A DNA stretch of 62,700 nucleotides, the filler included. It is 5 parts of 5 records of this genome, joined end to end, with 100 filler letters (N's around TTAATTAATTAA, not from the genome) between each part and the next. Parts side by side here need not be neighbours in the genome. Positions count along the whole stretch, not along the records: positions 29,532 to 42,398 come from SRR2962707_4279; positions 42,499 to 57,300 come from SRR2962707_4281; 3 more parts are not named here. One strand, given 5' to 3'. The position numbers and the translations under genes were made by a program. Under the pieces are notes generated by a model. The model saw nothing but the letters and a program-made list of their open reading frames with translations, did not search any database and was not told the origin of the DNA. Shown here in pieces: positions 39,637-51,063 of the stretch; the stretch's first letter is position 1; each line of letters begins with the position of its first letter.

Positions 39637-40485
39637 TTAAGCGAAAACGACTGTCTTGTGCCCGTTGAGCATGACGCGGTTTTCCAGATGGCTTTTGACC
39701 GCGCGGCCGAGCACGCGGCTTTCGATGTCGCGGCCCACAGCGATCAGATCGTCGGGGCTCATGGCGTGCGTTACCCGCGCCGTTTCCTGCTCGATGATCG
39801 GGCCTTCGTCGAGATCGGGCGTTACGTAATGGGCCGTCGCGCCGATGATTTTCACGCCGCGCTCATGGGCCTGATGATAGGGCTTGGCGCCCTTGAACGA
39901 GGGCAGGAACGAGTGGTGGATATTGATGACCTTGCCGAACAGGCGTGTTGAAAGCTGGTCGGAAAGGATCTGCATATAGCGCGCTAGGACCACAAGGTCG
40001 GCATCGGACGCCTTGACGATTTTCAGAACCTCGGCTTCCTGCTCGGCCTTCTGCCCCCTGGCAACAGGCAGATGATAGAACGGGACGCCTTCGGCCTCGG
40101 CAATGGGGCGCGCCGTCTCGTGGTTGGAAATGATCGCGGCGACCTCGGCCCTCAGCGCGCCGACCTTGATCTGGTAGAGCAGGTGCAGCATGGCGTGGTC
40201 GAATTTGGAGACCAGCATGACGATGCGCGGCACCCGCGCCTCATCGACAACTGCGGTCTTCATCTCGAACCGCTCGACAACCGGTTTGAGCGCCCGTTCT
40301 ACGGCATCCTTGTCCACGCCCAGCGGCGCGGTGAAACCGATGCGCATGAAGAACTTGTCGGTGTCCCGGTCCCAGAACTGGTTGGACTCGGCAATGTTGG
40401 CGCCCAGCCCGAACAATTCGCTCGTCACACCGGAAACGATCCCGGGCTTGTCGGCACAGGACAAAGTGAGGATGAAATTGGGCAT
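39637..40485 (-). CDS. purU: Formyltetrahydrofolate deformylase
   Basis: N-terminal ACT domain (CADKPGIV), VLARYMQILS, INIHHSFLPSFKGAKPYHQA. Confidence 0.96.
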   Translation of the reverse strand: MPNFILTLSCADKPGIVSGVTSELFGLGANIAESNQFWDRDTDKFFMRIGFTAPLGVDKDAVERALKPVVERFEMKTAVVDEARVPRIVMLVSKFDHAMLHLLYQIKVGALRAEVAAIISNHETARPIAEAEGVPFYHLPVARGQKAEQEAEVLKIVKASDADLVVLARYMQILSDQLSTRLFGKVINIHHSFLPSFKGAKPYHQAHERGVKIIGATAHYVTPDLDEGPIIEQETARVTHAMSPDDLIAVGRDIESRVLGRAVKSHLENRVMLNGHKTVVFA

Positions 40486-40507
40486 GAGCGGATGGGCCCC
40501 CAGGGAT

Positions 40508-40617
40508 GGAGCGTTTCCAGAATAAGTGGACACCACTTATTCGGTTCGGAAACGTGACAAATCAAAGACCCGGAGCATTTGCAGTTCTGATTCTGCCAGA
40601 ACTGCAAATGCTCCGGG
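40508..40617. repeat. Two-hairpin RIME/Bru-RS-like element
   Basis: gcgtttccagaataagtgg..ccacttattcggttcggaaacg, linker acaaatcaaagac, then a perfect 21-bp stem cccggagcatttgcagttctg/cagaactgcaaatgctccggg. Confidence 0.7.
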
Positions 40618-40674
40618 ATTCACCGGGGTTCATAAGGGGTTGGAGCTGAGATGTCGAGATGGGCGTAGTAAGGA

Positions 40675-40807
40675 AAGGCCCCCTCACCCGGCTGTTACAC
40701 AGCCGACCTCTCCCCCAAAGGGAGAGGTGGTGCTGGGGCAGTCGCCGACGCTTACCTCTCCCTTTTGGGGGAGAAGTCGACGCGTAGCGGCGGGTGAGGG
40801 GGGCCTT
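40675..40807. repeat. Inverted pair of CCCCTCACCC...CTCTCCC/GGGAGAGG REP-type units
   Basis: aaggccccctcacccg ... cgggtgaggggggcctt with internal cctctccc/gggagagg stems. Confidence 0.75.
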
Positions 40808-40829
40808 CTCGCCTACCCGCCTCTTCCTT

Positions 40830-40924
40830 CGCTGCCCCGGTGAAAACCGGGGTCCAGCAGCATGGTCCGTTGCACCGTTGCCCGACGCAGCGCCCATGGA
40901 CCCCGGTTTTCACCGGGGGCAGCG
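40830..40924. repeat. REPIN-like inverted REP pair
   Basis: cgctgccccggtgaaaaccggggtcca ... tggaccccggttttcaccgggggcagcg. Confidence 0.75.
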
Positions 40925-40960
40925 CAGAAATCAAATCCGATTCTGCATAACACTGGGGGT

Positions 40961-42398
40961 TTACCCCGCCGCCTTCTCGCTTCCCGGAATGTAGTTGAGC
41001 ACCGGGCCGAGCCAGCGCTCGATTTCCTCGATGGCCATGCCCTTGCGCCTTGCGTAGTCCTCGACCTGATCGCGTTCGACCTTGGCGACACCGAAATAAT
41101 AGCTTTCAGGATGGGCAAAATAGAGCCCCGACACCGACGAGCCCGGCCACATGGCATAGCTTTCGGTCAGCTTGACCCCAATTTCGGCCTCCACGTCGAG
41201 CAGTTCAAACAGCGTGGTCTTTTCGGTGTGATCGGGCTGGGCCGGATAGCCCGGCGCAGGGCGGATGCCCTGATAGGGCTCACCGATCAGCTCTGCGGGC
41301 GCGTAGTTTTCGTCGGCATAGCCCCAAAGCTCGGTCCGCACCATTTCATGCAGCCGCTCGGCAAAAGCTTCGGCGAAACGGTCGGCCAGCGCCTTGACGA
41401 GGATCGAGGAGTAATTGTCGTTTTCCTCGTCGAATTTGTCGGCGATGGCGATTTCCTCGAACCCGGCGGTAACGCAGAACCCGCCGACATAATCGGGCGT
41501 GCCCGGCTCAGCCATGAAGTCGGCCAGCGCCAGATTGGCCTTGTCGCCCGATTTGCCAAGCTGCTGGCGCAGGGTGAAGAACTTCGCCAGCTCGTCCGAC
41601 CGGCTTTCGTCGGTGAAAAGCTGCACATCGTCCCCGGCCCGGTTGGCCGGCCAGAACCCGACGACCGCTTTGGGCGTAAACCAGTTTTCATCGATGATGC
41701 GCTTGAGCATGTCCCGTGCGTCGGCAAACAACTGCCGCGCCGCTTCGCCCTGTCGCGCATCGTCGAGGATTTTCGGATAGACGCCCTTGAACTCCCAAGC
41801 CTGAAAGAATGGCGTCCAGTCTATGTATTTGGCCAGATCCGCCAGATCCCAATCCTGAAAGGTCTTGGTGCCCAGAAATGAGGGTGCTTTCGGCGTATAG
41901 GCCGACCAGTCAGGCTTGAAGGAATTGTCGCGCGCCGCAGCGAGCGAAATGCGCTTCTTGTCGGCCTCGCCCTTCCTGTGCTTTTCGGCAACGGTTTCGT
42001 ATTCCTGCCGGATGGTCTTGACGTAATCATTGGCCGCCTCTTTCGAGAGCAGTTTGGAGACCACGTTCACGGCAAGCGAGGCGTCCTTCACATAGACTGT
42101 CGCCCCGCCATTGTAGCGCGGGTTGATCTTGACCGCCGTGTGGACACGGCTGGTCGTCGCCCCGCCGATCAAAAGCGGAATGGAAAAGCCCTCGCGCTCC
42201 ATCTCAGTGGCTACATGCACCATCTCGTCGAGCGAGGGCGTGATGAGACCCGACAGCCCGATCACGTCAACGTTCTGCTCGCGGGCGGTTTCGAGGATTT
42301 TCTGGGTCGGCACCATGACGCCCAGATCGATGATCTCGTAATTGTTGCAGGCCAGAACCACGCCCACAATGTTCTTGCCGATATCGTGGACGTCGCCC
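40961..42398 (-). CDS. metH: B12-dependent methionine synthase (C-terminal part; 5' truncated)
   Basis: GDVHDIGKNIV, GLSGLITPSL, GGATTS, IRPAPGYPA. Confidence 0.96.
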
Positions 42399-42498
42399 NN
42401 NNNNNNNNNNNNNNNNNNNNNNNNNNNNNNNNNNNNNNNNNNTTAATTAATTAANNNNNNNNNNNNNNNNNNNNNNNNNNNNNNNNNNNNNNNNNNNN
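42399..42498. other. Artificial contig linker
   Basis: N-run with TTAATTAATTAA. Confidence 0.98.
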
Positions 42499-42610
42499 AG
42501 CGCGCCGCGCCGGCTTTACCCCCCCCCCTCCCAAGCCCTCTCCACCGCGCGCAAACCGATCCGCATGACTATACTGGGTCGGGCAAAGGCAGACGCATGG
42601 AGCGCGGTGT

Positions 42611-44008
42611 TTGGACGATACCAACAAACCTGAGCCAGCCATTGGTGGCAAAGCCGGTTTCATCATCGCGGTGCTGGTCAGTATAGCCAGTGCCCTGGCG
42701 ATCTGGTGGATGCTGTCCAAGGATAGCCCCGAAGTAGACCCCACCAATTATCCCCGCAGCCGCTACGCCCACGATGACGCTGGCGGTGTCTGGTTCCTGC
42801 GCCCCGGTGACGGCTATCAACGGGTGGAAGGCGCCGATGCGAGCAGCTTCGAACCTCTGCCGGCCAATGCCAATGGCCCTGTTGAATACAGCGGCCTGGC
42901 CCGGGACCGTGATCACTTTTATGCGATGGGACAGCGCATGCCGAGTGTGGCGCCGGACAGCGTGCGCTACCTGGAGTCGCGTTACTACGTTGCCGGCGAT
43001 CAGGCCTATTACGGCACTGCCCTGCTGCAAGGAGCCGACCCTGGCCGGTTGCGGGTATTCCAGAATGCCGTAAGGTACCCGAACGAGTACGCCCATGATG
43101 ACCGCCATCTGTATTTCCAGGGCCATTGGATCCAGGGCGCGGACATTGCGTCCCTGGCGAAAGTCCCGCGGGAAACGCCGACGCCGGCGGAGCGCGTGTA
43201 CCTGAAAGACCGTCACCGGGTGTATTACCGGGGTCGAGTGGTGGCGGGCGCGCGCCCGGATCAGTTCACTCTGATCACCGTGGAGGGGCAAAGCCGGAAC
43301 CTGATCTACGATGCCCATTACGGTTACGACGGTCAGCGCTATTTTCTGGGAAGTGAGGCAGTGCCGGAGCGGGTGGCCGGTACGGATCGGGTTCTGCCGC
43401 CGGGCAGTCTCAAACTGCTGCTGGCGGACAAGCTCCTGGGTTGGCATGCCCTGTTTTATCAGGGCCGGGAACTCTTTTATCACCAGCCCCTTGCCAATGA
43501 GTTGAAGCCCCTGTGCCAAAGGGATTCCGGCGCTCCCCTGGAACGGATCGGGCGTGGGCTCTACCGGGATGACCGGCATCTGTACTACGCCTGGACGGCG
43601 CTGGATCATCGCAAGGGCCGGTACGCCAGCGGCCTGCGCGGTTGGTACACCGGGTTGGAAGTAGTGCCTGGTGTGCATCCCGATGATTTGCGCCTGATCG
43701 GTGAGCGCCGCTTGCGCATGCAAGGCAAAACCCTGACCGGGAATCTGTATCAGGCCGGTGACCGCCGTTTCCTCAATCCATCCGAAGGATATGTGGCCGG
43801 CCTGTGGGGCGTGACTGAAAAAGGACAGCCACGGAGGCTGGATAGAGCGCGCGAGTGCTTGGCGTATACTCGCAATCCGGACTGGAACTACGTTCCTGTG
43901 TGGGCCCGCAACATTCTTATCCTGCTTGCTATCGTGCTGATCGTCATTCGTGGCATCCGCTGGCTGTTGCGGCGAAGGACGGCAGGAATCAAGGGAGAGC
44001 ATCAATGA
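42611..44008 (+). CDS. DKNYY-repeat membrane-anchored protein (paralogue 1)
   Basis: Repeats GADASSFEPL..ARDRDHFY, AHDDRHLYFQG, LKDRHRVYYRG; N- and C-terminal TM; TTG start uncertain. Confidence 0.75.
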   Translation: MDDTNKPEPAIGGKAGFIIAVLVSIASALAIWWMLSKDSPEVDPTNYPRSRYAHDDAGGVWFLRPGDGYQRVEGADASSFEPLPANANGPVEYSGLARDRDHFYAMGQRMPSVAPDSVRYLESRYYVAGDQAYYGTALLQGADPGRLRVFQNAVRYPNEYAHDDRHLYFQGHWIQGADIASLAKVPRETPTPAERVYLKDRHRVYYRGRVVAGARPDQFTLITVEGQSRNLIYDAHYGYDGQRYFLGSEAVPERVAGTDRVLPPGSLKLLLADKLLGWHALFYQGRELFYHQPLANELKPLCQRDSGAPLERIGRGLYRDDRHLYYAWTALDHRKGRYASGLRGWYTGLEVVPGVHPDDLRLIGERRLRMQGKTLTGNLYQAGDRRFLNPSEGYVAGLWGVTEKGQPRRLDRARECLAYTRNPDWNYVPVWARNILILLAIVLIVIRGIRWLLRRRTAGIKGEHQ

Positions 44009-45300
44009 GGAGATGGGGGCAGGGACTGGCCTGGGTTACGGCAATTCTGGCGTTGATGGTCTCGCTGATGTTGTGGCTGGACCCCGGGGAAGAACCGGAG
44101 GTGACTCGAACCGATTATCCGGTGAGCCGCTACAGCCATGATGAGGACGGCGGTATCTGGTTTCTGCAAGCGGGAGAGGGCCATCAGCGGGTCGAGGGGG
44201 CTGATCCGGAGACGTTCGAACCGGTGCCCGGCGATACTGGGAGAGGCTACTTTTACAGTGGTTTGGCCCGGGACCGTGAGCACTTTTACGTGGACGGACA
44301 CCGTAAGCCGGAAGTGAATCCGGATTCTGTGGCTTATCTGGGCCGCCATTATTATCGGGCCGATGAGCGTGTGTACTACCGGAATACACTGCTGGACGGC
44401 GCCGAGGCCGCCAAAGTCCGCGTCCGCCACGGCGATTACGCCGACGACGGTGCCCGTCTGTACTATCAAGGGCACTGGATCGCCGGTGCCGATGTTTCCT
44501 CGCTGAGTGAAGTGGCGGTGACCGAACGGACTTCGGCGGACTTTCACTATCTCAAGGACGCCAACCGGGTCTATTACCGGGGAAAGGTGGTGCAGGGGGC
44601 CGAACCGGCGGACTTCACCGTGATCAGGGTCGAGGGCGACACCTGGGGTAACCACTACGGCGACGATGGCCGGCGCTATTTCTTCAAGGACCAGCCATTA
44701 CCCGATCAAGTGGCGGACACCGGCCGGACCCTGCCGCCCGGTGCGCTGCAATTGCTGCAGGCGGACAAAGAATTCGGCTGGCATGTGCTGTTTCATGAAG
44801 GCGATACCTTTTATTTCCATCAACCCTTTACCAATGAATTGAAGATGTTGTGCCGGCGTGATTCCAGTGCGCCCTTGGAAACCCTGGCGCAAGGGCTCTA
44901 TCGGGATGACCGGCATCTGTATTACGCCTGGGTGGAATGGGACTGGAACCGGCAAAGCCGAGGCGGAGGGCGCGGGCTGCAGGGTTGGAGCAGCGGTCTG
45001 GCGGTAGTGCCGGACGTCGATCCCGACAAGTTTCGTTTTATCGAAAAGGCGCGCTACCGCCGGTCGGGTTCCGCGCTGCGTGGCGGCGTGTACGATGCCG
45101 GTGGACGGCGTTTTTTCCACCCGGATTACAAGGGAGCAGCGCCCTACCGGGCGGCGTTGATGGGCTTCGATGGGAGCGGCGAGTTGCGCCACTTGCGACA
45201 TGATGGCCGCTGTGGCGCCTACACGGAGTCCCCGAACCGCTCGAGTTTCTTCAATGATCTGAAAGGTATGGTGAAATGGATAATCAATCGCGGCTCGTGA
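44005..45300 (+). CDS. DKNYY-repeat membrane-anchored protein (paralogue 2)
   Basis: ATG overlaps the upstream stop; GADPETFEPV..ARDREHFY, LKDANRVYYRG; collinear with paralogue 1. Confidence 0.78.
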   Translation: MRRWGQGLAWVTAILALMVSLMLWLDPGEEPEVTRTDYPVSRYSHDEDGGIWFLQAGEGHQRVEGADPETFEPVPGDTGRGYFYSGLARDREHFYVDGHRKPEVNPDSVAYLGRHYYRADERVYYRNTLLDGAEAAKVRVRHGDYADDGARLYYQGHWIAGADVSSLSEVAVTERTSADFHYLKDANRVYYRGKVVQGAEPADFTVIRVEGDTWGNHYGDDGRRYFFKDQPLPDQVADTGRTLPPGALQLLQADKEFGWHVLFHEGDTFYFHQPFTNELKMLCRRDSSAPLETLAQGLYRDDRHLYYAWVEWDWNRQSRGGGRGLQGWSSGLAVVPDVDPDKFRFIEKARYRRSGSALRGGVYDAGGRRFFHPDYKGAAPYRAALMGFDGSGELRHLRHDGRCGAYTESPNRSSFFNDLKGMVKWIINRGS

Positions 45301-45330
45301 GCCGCGATTGATCCAGCAACCGGGAACGGA

Positions 45331-47931
45331 TCAGAAAATCTGTTCCGGGCTGCCGCCACTGCCGCCGTTATAGGGGCTTTCCTGTTCTGGCACTTCATCT
45401 TCGCGGAAATACTCGAAGATGGCATTGCTGTTGCCGGACCGCGCGACCAGGCCGCTCTTCGGATCAATACGGACCGAGACAATACCCGGCGGCTGACGCA
45501 GGGCGGTTTCCGGAACGCCTTCCAGAGCCTTGCCCATGTAGCTGATCCAGATTGGCAGGGCGGCACGGCCGCCGTATTCACCCCAGCCCAGGGATGTCGG
45601 CGTGTCCAGTCCCACCCACACAGTGGTCACCAGACTCGGCGCATAGCCGGAGAACCAGGCGTCCACGTGATTGTTGGTGGTGCCGGTCTTGCCGGCCAGA
45701 TCCTTGCGACCCAGGGAGCTTGCCTGGCGGCCGGTGCCGCGCTTGATCACGTCCTGCAACATGGAATTCATCAGCCAGGCCACTTCCGGATCCAGAGTGC
45801 GGGGCGCCAGCACCGGCGGCGGCTGCAGTGTTTCCGGAGGTTGCTCATCGCGGTTGCTGTCGCCGAGACTGACTTCCTCACGTTCCAACAGCGTGGGCAA
45901 CTGCTCGCGCTGTTCCCAGGCTGCTTCCTCGGTGGCGATTCGGGCCCGTTCATCGGCGCAGGGCAGGTCGCACCGCAGTACTTCCGGCGCGCGCCACAGC
46001 ACATGGCCGTCGCGGTCCTCGATGCGATCAATGTACCAGGGGGTCACCCGGTAGCCACCGTTGGCGAACATGGCGTAAGCGGTGGCCAGCTCCAGCGGCG
46101 TCAGCGAGCCGCTGCCCAGGGCCAGGGACAGATCCCTCTGGAAACGGTCATAGGGCAGACCGAATTCCTTCAGGGTCTCCATGGTCTGCTGGATGCCCAC
46201 CTGGCGGAGAATGCGGATGGACACCAGGTTGAGAGAACGGTACAGCGCCTCACGCATGCGGGTTGGGCCGTAGAAGCGGCCGCTGGAGCCTTTCGGCCGC
46301 CAGGCCTTGCCCAGTTCGGAACTGTCGTAGACCACCGGGGCGTCATTGATAATGGTGGCCGGGGTGAAGCCGTTTTCCAGTGCGGCGGTATAAACAAACG
46401 GCTTGAATACGGAACCCGCCTGACGCTGGCCCTGCATCGCCCGGTTGAAGTTGGAGGCGGCGAAGCTGTAGCCGCCCTGCAATGCCTGCAGGGCGCCGGT
46501 TTCCGGATCCAGTGACACCAGCGCGGATTGCGCCTGGGGCAGTTGCGCCAAGCGCCAGTGGGCGCCGCTCTTGTCATCCACCGGGCGCAGGTAGATGACA
46601 TTGCCGACTTTGAGGACATCGGCGACCTGTTTCGGTTTTTCCCCAACATAGCCCTTGCGCAATGCCGGGCGGGCCCAACTGATATCCTTCCAGGCCACCA
46701 CGGCCTGTTTGCCGTCGCCCAGCAGTACCGCCGCGGCGTCTTCCCGTATCTCGGTGACGATGGCCGTGCGCAGCGGCCCATACGCGGGCTGGTCCTTGAA
46801 GGTATCGAGCCAGGCGACCACATCGTTGCTCAGGCTTTCCTGATCTTCCTCCTCCGGTCGGGCCAGCTCCGGCTGTGGTGCCTCATCCTCGGGGGCGGCT
46901 TCCGCATCGTCGCCTTGGGGCCAGGCCAGCTTCGGCAGAGCGCCGGTGTCCACCTCGGCCAGCGGGCCGCGATAGCCGTGGCGCTCATCGTATTCGTGCA
47001 GGCCCTCACGCAGGGCGCGCACCGCCGCTTCCTGGCGTTTGCTGTCGACCGTGGTGATAACCCGTAAACCCTGGGTGTAGAGGTCCCCGGGGATGATATC
47101 GGCCACCGCCAGGCGCGCCATCTCCGCCACATAGGCGCCTTCCACTTCAGGTCGTGAAGTGTGATAGCGGGCGGTCACCGGTGCCCGCCGGGCTTGTTCC
47201 ATTTGTTCCTCGGTAATGGCGCCGGTTTCGTGCATGCGGCCGAGAATCCAGTTGCGGCGCTGTACCGCCCGCTCCGGGTTGGTGATCGGGTTGTAGGCGG
47301 AAGGTGCCTTCGGCAGGCCGGCGATCATCGCCCACTGCGGCAGGGTCAGTTCGCCGATGTCCTTGCCGTAGTAAACCTTGGCCGCGGCCTGGGCGCCGTA
47401 GGAGCGGTGGCCCAGATAGATCTTGTTGAGATACAGCTCGAGGATTTGTTCCTTGGTCAGGATGTGCTCGATCTGCATGGCCAGCACGATCTCGTTGAAC
47501 TTGCGCAGGAAGCGTTGTTCCCGGTCGAGAAAGAAGTTGCGCGCCACCTGCATGGTGATGGTGGAACCGCCGGAGCGGATCTCGCGATAACGGATCAACT
47601 CCACCGCGGCCCGGGCCAGCCCTTTCACATCCACCCCGGCATGGCGGAAGAAGCGCTCGTCTTCCGCCGCCAGTACCGCCTGGACGAACAGCGGTGGCAG
47701 ATGGTCGAAGGTGACCGGCTCGCGACGCTTCTCGCCGTACTCGGCCATGAGTTTCTCGTCACTGCTGTAGATACGCAGCGGCGTCTGGTACTCGACCTCG
47801 CGAATGCCAATGGCATCAGGCAGTTGCGGCGCCAGGTACAGATAGGAGCCGGCCATGACCAGGACGGCGCCACAGACGGCGGCAAAGGCGAGGAGGAGGA
47901 GAGGGCGGATCCAGCGGACGGCAGATTGCAT
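45331..47931 (-). CDS. mrcA: Penicillin-binding protein 1A
   Basis: EDERFFRHAGVD, GGSTITMQVARN, RKFNE, SVFK, SLN, KTGT; divergent from pilM. Confidence 0.95.
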   Translation of the reverse strand: MQSAVRWIRPLLLLAFAAVCGAVLVMAGSYLYLAPQLPDAIGIREVEYQTPLRIYSSDEKLMAEYGEKRREPVTFDHLPPLFVQAVLAAEDERFFRHAGVDVKGLARAAVELIRYREIRSGGSTITMQVARNFFLDREQRFLRKFNEIVLAMQIEHILTKEQILELYLNKIYLGHRSYGAQAAAKVYYGKDIGELTLPQWAMIAGLPKAPSAYNPITNPERAVQRRNWILGRMHETGAITEEQMEQARRAPVTARYHTSRPEVEGAYVAEMARLAVADIIPGDLYTQGLRVITTVDSKRQEAAVRALREGLHEYDERHGYRGPLAEVDTGALPKLAWPQGDDAEAAPEDEAPQPELARPEEEDQESLSNDVVAWLDTFKDQPAYGPLRTAIVTEIREDAAAVLLGDGKQAVVAWKDISWARPALRKGYVGEKPKQVADVLKVGNVIYLRPVDDKSGAHWRLAQLPQAQSALVSLDPETGALQALQGGYSFAASNFNRAMQGQRQAGSVFKPFVYTAALENGFTPATIINDAPVVYDSSELGKAWRPKGSSGRFYGPTRMREALYRSLNLVSIRILRQVGIQQTMETLKEFGLPYDRFQRDLSLALGSGSLTPLELATAYAMFANGGYRVTPWYIDRIEDRDGHVLWRAPEVLRCDLPCADERARIATEEAAWEQREQLPTLLEREEVSLGDSNRDEQPPETLQPPPVLAPRTLDPEVAWLMNSMLQDVIKRGTGRQASSLGRKDLAGKTGTTNNHVDAWFSGYAPSLVTTVWVGLDTPTSLGWGEYGGRAALPIWISYMGKALEGVPETALRQPPGIVSVRIDPKSGLVARSGNSNAIFEYFREDEVPEQESPYNGGSGGSPEQIF

Positions 47932-48121
47932 ATAGTGGCAATTGATGTGGATTCAGAATAAAGGCTTAGAGCATGTCCTCGGCGGTCCGGGCCAAGTCAC
48001 CTGGGACGGTTTATGCGCGGGAACAGCATCCAGCCGTGAAGCACGTCATTATACGGCGTAAAGGTTGTTGTGATCTAATAACCTTTCTGCTACTACTAAT
48101 TTCTCATGTTGTACAGCATAA

Positions 48122-49825
<1,704 letters not shown>

Positions 49826-49839
<14 letters not shown>

Positions 49840-50512
49840 CCTGAAGAATCTCGACGTTCGTGAGCTGATCGACGAAATCAACAGTCTGGATTTCGAGAAC
49901 ATTGGCGGCTGGCCGCTGCCGATCAAGATCGGTGCCGCCGTGCTGGTGTTCGCGGCCGTGCTGCTGTTGGGGTATCTGCTGTCGATCAAGGATCTGAAAG
50001 CCCAGCACGAGCGTCTGGAGCGGGAGGAGCGAAGCCTGCTCACCAGCTTCGAAAAGAAGGCGTTCAGCGCCCACAATCTGGAGCAGTACCGGCAGCAGCT
50101 GGTCGAGCTGGAAGAGAACTTCGATACCCTGAAAAACCAGCTGCCGCGCGACACCGAGGTGCCCGGTTTGCTGGAGGACATTACCCATACCGGCTTGAGC
50201 AGCGGTCTCGAGTTCGAGGTGATCGAGCTCAAGGATGAAGTGCAGAAGGAGTTCTACGCGGAATTGCCCATCGATATCCGGGTGACCGGGGATTACCACG
50301 GATTCGGGGCGTTTGTCTCCGGCGTGTCGGCGCTGCCGCGGATCGTCACCTTGCACGATTTCAAGGTGGAGCCGGGCAGCAAGGAGGAGAGTGGCGGCTT
50401 GCTGAATCTGGCGATCACCGCCAAGACCTATCGCTACGCCGCCAGCGACGGCGACGATGACGGGGGCAAGAAGGTGGCCGGTAAAAAGACAAGCAGGAAC
50501 GGCCGTTCCTAG
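49826..50512 (+). CDS. pilO: PilO
   Basis: QLPRDTEVPGLLEDI, FYAELPI, LPRIVTLHDF, AKTYRY. Confidence 0.95.
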
Positions 50513-50529
50513 CGCGTAAGGGGGGAATC

Positions 50530-51063
50530 ATGAAAGCGCGTAATTTAGCCGCCGCACCGTGTCTGCTGGCGGCGCTATTGTCTCTCGGGGGTTGCACCGC
50601 CGGCGCCGATATCGGCCAGTTGGATGCCCGTCTCGAGGAAATCAAAGCCCGGCCACGCGGACGCATCGAGCCGCCGCCGGAGTTCAAGCCCATTGCCACC
50701 TTTACCTACGGCGCGCACAAGCTGCGGCCGCCGTTTTCGCCGCCGGTGGAGCAGGAACTGGTGAAGGTGCCGGAAGGGCGCAAGGTCGAGCCGGATATGA
50801 GCCGTCCACGGGAATACCTGGAGCGTTTCAGTCTGGATGCGCTGCGCATGGTGGGCACCATTACCAAACCCGGCAAGGCGCTGGAGGCATTGATGGAGGA
50901 TCCCGCCGGGGCCGTGACCCGGGTCCGGGTGGGCAGTTACTTGGGGAAAAATTTCGGCCGGGTGGTGGCCGTTCGCGATAACGAAGTGTCGTTGGTGGAA
51001 ATCGTGCCTGACGGCCACGACGGCTGGGTGGAGCGGTCCCGCGCCGTTTCCATCGCCGAATAA
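50530..51063 (+). CDS. pilP: PilP lipoprotein
   Basis: Lipobox LGGC, EYLERFSLDALRMVGT, YLGKNFG. Confidence 0.93.
   Translation: MKARNLAAAPCLLAALLSLGGCTAGADIGQLDARLEEIKARPRGRIEPPPEFKPIATFTYGAHKLRPPFSPPVEQELVKVPEGRKVEPDMSRPREYLERFSLDALRMVGTITKPGKALEALMEDPAGAVTRVRVGSYLGKNFGRVVAVRDNEVSLVEIVPDGHDGWVERSRAVSIAE

Noticed and set aside
40500-40960. CRISPR array or riboswitch near metH/purU
   Set aside because: The repeats are inverted pairs, not direct repeats with spacers, and I could not match a cobalamin, SAM or THF riboswitch consensus.
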